A stretch of 64,000 nucleotides of DNA from Thermodesulfobacteriota bacterium (lineage in GTDB: Bacteria > Desulfobacterota > BSN033 > UBA1163). Of the stretch, positions 60,868 to 64,000 are shown in pieces. Where the stretch lies: the NCBI GenBank assembly GCA_041947025.1, contig JBHGBJ010000006.1, positions 5,995 to 69,994 of the forward strand. Reading direction: 5' to 3'. The translations under genes were made by a program, and so were the position numbers. Under the pieces are notes generated by a model. That model made no database searches and had not been told where the DNA came from. It worked only from the letters and a program-made list of their open reading frames with translations. Numbering within the stretch: position 1 is the first letter of the stretch; each line of letters starts with the position of its first letter.

Positions 60868-61644
60868 TCATTTGACTCCTAACTCCTCGCGTACCTTCTG
60901 CAAAATATCGGCCATTGTGGGGCCGGCCTGACCGTAAATCACGATATCCGCGGTGCTATCGTAAGGGGTTGGGTCACGGTTGATGATCACCAATTTAGCT
61001 CCGTTTCGTTTGGCCACCAAAGGCATCGAGGCTGCAGGCTGTACGACCAGAGATGAGCCGATGACGATGAATAGATCGCTTGTGGAGGATCGATGATAGG
61101 CCTCTTCGGTTTCCCTTTCCGGCATGGATTGACCAAAGGAGATGGTGGCAGGTTTTAGAGGTCCATGGCAGTCATCACAATAGGGGGCCCTCTCGCCCTT
61201 GCGCAATCTTTCCTGGATCTGATCGCGATCGTACCTCTTCCCGCAACTCAGGCAGGAAACAGCCATGGCTGTGCCATGAAGCTGGATCACCTTCTCTTCT
61301 GAATTTCCAGCCTTGAAGTGGAGGCCATCGATGTTCTGGGTGATGACGCAATCCAGTTTACCGAGTCTTTCCATCTCCGCAATGGCAAGATGGGCCAAGT
61401 TGGGTTGGGCCTTCTTCATGGGTTCGTACATCTCGGTTGCCATCTGCCAGTATTTCTCACGAGAGGTTTCACTCGCGAGAAAATTCTGGTAGTAGAAGTC
61501 TTCGGGATTATACCGATCCCACACCCCCCCCGGACTCCGGAAATCAGGAATCCCGGATTCCGTGCTGAGGCCTGCCCCTGAGAAGACCACTATTTTTTTT
61601 GAACTGAGTATGAACCGTGCAACGTCTTCGGCCTGCTTTGTCAT
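60868..61644 (-). CDS. cobB: NAD-dependent protein deacylase, Sir2 family
   Basis: GAGLSTESGIPDFR, QNIDGLH, Zn ribbon CLSCG...CDDCHG; 258 aa. Confidence 0.85.
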   Translation of the reverse strand: MTKQAEDVARFILSSKKIVVFSGAGLSTESGIPDFRSPGGVWDRYNPEDFYYQNFLASETSREKYWQMATEMYEPMKKAQPNLAHLAIAEMERLGKLDCVITQNIDGLHFKAGNSEEKVIQLHGTAMAVSCLSCGKRYDRDQIQERLRKGERAPYCDDCHGPLKPATISFGQSMPERETEEAYHRSSTSDLFIVIGSSLVVQPAASMPLVAKRNGAKLVIINRDPTPYDSTADIVIYGQAGPTMADILQKVREELGVK

Positions 61645-61814
61645 GTGACTCTCCTGGCTTAAAGTTTGTCCGGATATCAGGGTATCCGTTGGAGGGATAT
61701 CAGAATATCAGAACGCCAGGCTTAACAACCTCTTATTCTTGGACCTTTCCTGATATCTGATACCTCGTATCCCGCCTGTTGATTTCCTGGTATCCTGATT
61801 CCCTCTTCTGATTT

Positions 61815-61846
61815 CGCCTGCCTGCGCCTGCTCGCCGGCAGGTGCC
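61815..61846. repeat. REP-like palindromic element
   Basis: cgcctgcctgcgcctgctcgccggcaggtgcc. Confidence 0.5.
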
Positions 61847-61917
61847 TCGAATTCAGGAATCATATACCACAGGCTACTCTTCTGTTGCAAGGGAGATGTG
61901 GCATATGATAAAATTTT

Positions 61918-62949
61918 ATGATGAAATGCAACTTGATCAAGCAGGGATATCCCCAGGGGAGTTGTTACACGGAGACCGAGGGAGGGAAGTCTCTCGCGTG
62001 CGAAGCGACGCTCAAACAGACCGATGCTGGTCCCCTCAGGCTGATTTCAGCCATTCATCTTTCTCGTCCGGAAAATTACCTCTCTGTCTACCAATCAGGA
62101 TGTAACTTCTCCTGTCGAAAATGTCACTCTTGGACCTTTACGAAGGTCGCCAAAGGGGATTGGTGGTCACCGGCAGATGTGCTGAAGGCCTGTAAGGAGT
62201 ATGATCGGGAGGTCACCCTTCGAGAACCACGGAACAGAGCCACTTCTTTTCATGGCCACGATGCCTGCCGTTGTTGTGGGTCCTGTGTGATGTATGGAAG
62301 ACGATCCTCCCTCTGCCCCAAGGCCATCCAGAAGAAGGACATTCTTTTGAGCCCTCAGGGATGGGGGCCCGCTCGGAATATTGTGGCCTTCACAGGTGGG
62401 GATCTTACCTGTTGCCCGGACTATTATATTAAATGTACCCGTCTGATTAAGGCAGAGACCGATCTCTGGGTGCTGATCGAGACGAATGGCTACGGCCTCA
62501 CCCCTCAGAACCTCGACGCCTTGAAGGAGGCGGGAGTCGATTCCTTCTGGCTCGATATCAAGGCCTACGACGGGACAGATCATAAATGGTGGACCGGGTG
62601 TTTCAATCGAAACATTCTGAAACTACCGGAGGAGATTCTCAAAAGAGGTTTTGTCCTGGAAGTGCTCTCCCTCTATGTCCCGAACTTGGTGGAAACCCCT
62701 CAATTGAAAAAGATTGCCCAATTGATCTTTGATCTTGATCCGGACATCCCGTTCACGATTTTGGCCTTTTTCCCCGAATATCAGATGAAGCGATACAAGA
62801 GCCCCAAGATTTCTGAGATGGTGGGAGCCTTTCTCGAAGTTAAGAAGATCGGATTGCGAAATGTCAGACTTGGGAATGCCGGAATCTTTGCTTCCTCCGA
62901 GGAGGATCAGGTCTTTCTGAGAAAGAAGGTGGGGACGGGGAATTACTGA
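61918..62949 (+). CDS. radical SAM protein (CxxxCxxC, with additional Cys cluster)
   Basis: SGCNFSCRKCHSW radical SAM triad; second cluster CRCCGSC; ~340 aa; true start may be downstream of ORF-track ATG. Confidence 0.65.
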   Translation: MMKCNLIKQGYPQGSCYTETEGGKSLACEATLKQTDAGPLRLISAIHLSRPENYLSVYQSGCNFSCRKCHSWTFTKVAKGDWWSPADVLKACKEYDREVTLREPRNRATSFHGHDACRCCGSCVMYGRRSSLCPKAIQKKDILLSPQGWGPARNIVAFTGGDLTCCPDYYIKCTRLIKAETDLWVLIETNGYGLTPQNLDALKEAGVDSFWLDIKAYDGTDHKWWTGCFNRNILKLPEEILKRGFVLEVLSLYVPNLVETPQLKKIAQLIFDLDPDIPFTILAFFPEYQMKRYKSPKISEMVGAFLEVKKIGLRNVRLGNAGIFASSEEDQVFLRKKVGTGNY

Positions 62950-63062
62950 TTTTGGATTTCAGATTTCAAATGGCAGATTGAAGGAAGATGCGGAGATTTG
63001 ACCCGGAATTTTCAATCTTAAATCTGAAATCTCAGATCTGAAATTGAAGAGGAGGGATGAAA

Positions 63063-64000
63063 ATGGAACGGATTAAAAATTTTATCAACGGGGAGTGGAC
63101 GGATTCCAAGTCGAAAGAGACCTTTCAATCGATCAATCCTGCCAACAAAGACGAGGTGATCGGGCTCATTTCGAAATCGGTTCGAGAGGATGTGGATGAG
63201 GCGGTCAAAGCCGCAAGAGAGGCCTATGAAGGATGGCGGCTCTTTCCGGCCCCGCGCCGAGGTGAAATTCTTTTCAGGGCTGCAGAGATGCTTTTGAAGC
63301 ATAAGGAGGATTTGGGCAGGCTTGAAACTCGGGAGATGGGAAAGATCCTCTCGGAGGGGCTCGGTGATGTCCAGGAAGCCATCGATATGGGTTATTATAT
63401 GGCCGGAGAGGGAAGGAGGCTTTCCGGAGAGACCGTTCCCTCTGAACTTCCCAACAAGGATGCGAAATCTGTCCGAGTCCCTGTCGGTGTCTTTGCCCTG
63501 ATTACTCCGTGGAATTTTCCCATTGCCATTCCCGCATGGAAGGTCTTTCCGGCCCTGATCTGCGGCAACACGGTCGTTTTTAAACCCTCGAGCGAAACCT
63601 CGGTCTGCGCTGCAAAATTTGTGGAAATTCTTGTTGAGGCGGGCCTGCCCAAAGGGGTCTTGAATCTTGTCCATGGTCCAGGGGGAGAGGTGGGCGAATA
63701 CCTGGTGAGCCACCCCGGTGTGGATGCCGTCTCCTTTACGGGTTCCTTCGATGTGGGGAAGCGGCTTGAAGGAATCTGCGGGGGGATTCACCGGCCAATC
63801 GTCACGGAAATGGGAGGGAAAAATATCATCATCGTCATGGAAGATGCCGACCTCGAGCTGGCGATCGACGGAGCGATCTGGGGTGGCTTCGGGACGACCG
63901 GTCAGCGGTGCACCGCCGCCAGCCGTGTCTGCGTTCAACGGAAAATTCACGATGAGTTTACGGAAAGGTTCCGAACAACGGCCTCCGGCCTCAAGTTGGG
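63063..64000 (+). CDS. NAD(P)+ aldehyde dehydrogenase; N-terminal ~312 aa, continues past window
   Basis: Not in ORF track (no stop before window end). ATG 63063 6 nt after AGGAGGG; [12 protein letters not shown]...(ALDH N-term)...[11 protein letters not shown]...EMGGKN...CTAASR (catalytic Cys). The 63018..63950 minus ORF is its antisense shadow. Confidence 0.8.
   Translation, partial: MERIKNFINGEWTDSKSKETFQSINPANKDEVIGLISKSVREDVDEAVKAAREAYEGWRLFPAPRRGEILFRAAEMLLKHKEDLGRLETREMGKILSEGLGDVQEAIDMGYYMAGEGRRLSGETVPSELPNKDAKSVRVPVGVFALITPWNFPIAIPAWKVFPALICGNTVVFKPSSETSVCAAKFVEILVEAGLPKGVLNLVHGPGGEVGEYLVSHPGVDAVSFTGSFDVGKRLEGICGGIHRPIVTEMGGKNIIIVMEDADLELAIDGAIWGGFGTTGQRCTAASRVCVQRKIHDEFTERFRTTASGLKL

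Noticed and set aside
60868-61644. Sir2 as an anti-phage defence effector
   Set aside because: It has the complete canonical sirtuin deacylase motifs and Zn ribbon and is not fused to TIR/HerA/STING-type partners, so the housekeeping CobB reading is favoured.

Overview
This 64-kb window reads as one bacterial chromosome segment with bacterial-style GGAGG ribosome-binding sites and roughly 50% GC. It has four blocks.

(1) ~1-15.9 kb, all on the minus strand: a sugar-acid/2-keto-3-deoxygluconate-type catabolic island. It holds a D-2-hydroxyacid dehydrogenase (5' part on-window), a Zn-dependent alcohol dehydrogenase, a LarA-family racemase/epimerase, Eda aldolase, KdgK kinase, a KduD-like short-chain dehydrogenase (SDR), an IclR regulator, an M24 peptidase and an ABM protein. 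Two tripartite uptake systems sit in it: TRAP DctPQM plus an extra DctP, and TTT TctCBA.

(2) ~16.3-32 kb, mixed accessory genes. These are panB, an unknown 421-aa protein, and a BKACE/DUF849 enzyme. Next come a nitroreductase, ribokinase, nucleoside hydrolase, an MFS transporter and an M28 peptidase. Then a secreted FecR-domain protein with a ~300-aa K/E/P-rich tail and a periplasmic rhodanese carrying an in-frame TGA at the catalytic-Cys position, a candidate selenoprotein. The block ends with an M48 peptidase + DUF898 pair, an orphan TctC and an orphan BrnA-like antitoxin.

(3) 32.4-53.5 kb: ligA, divergent from a complete canonical dcw cluster (mraZ-rsmH-ftsL-ftsI-murE-murF-mraY-murD-ftsW-murG-murC-murB-ddl-ftsQ-ftsA-ftsZ). 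Upstream of mraZ is a consensus sigma70 promoter and a triple GTGGN MraZ-type operator.

(4) 53.6-64 kb: a B12-binding radical SAM protein, an alpha/beta hydrolase and a DUF457 membrane hydrolase. Then a four-gene minus-strand cluster of zinc-ribbon membrane proteins (two paralogs with an NTF2-like periplasmic domain) plus a CsgG/LpoB-like SH3 lipoprotein, then a Sir2 deacetylase, a radical SAM protein and a partial aldehyde dehydrogenase.

No rRNA, tRNA, CRISPR or mobile elements were recognised. The intergenic spacers carry two recurring repeat classes. One is a GC-rich REP-like palindrome family with core CCTGCCTACCGGCAGG. The other is a set of spacer-specific 'word-repeat hairpins', plus a (CTCCGAA)n heptamer microsatellite upstream of two substrate-binding-protein genes.
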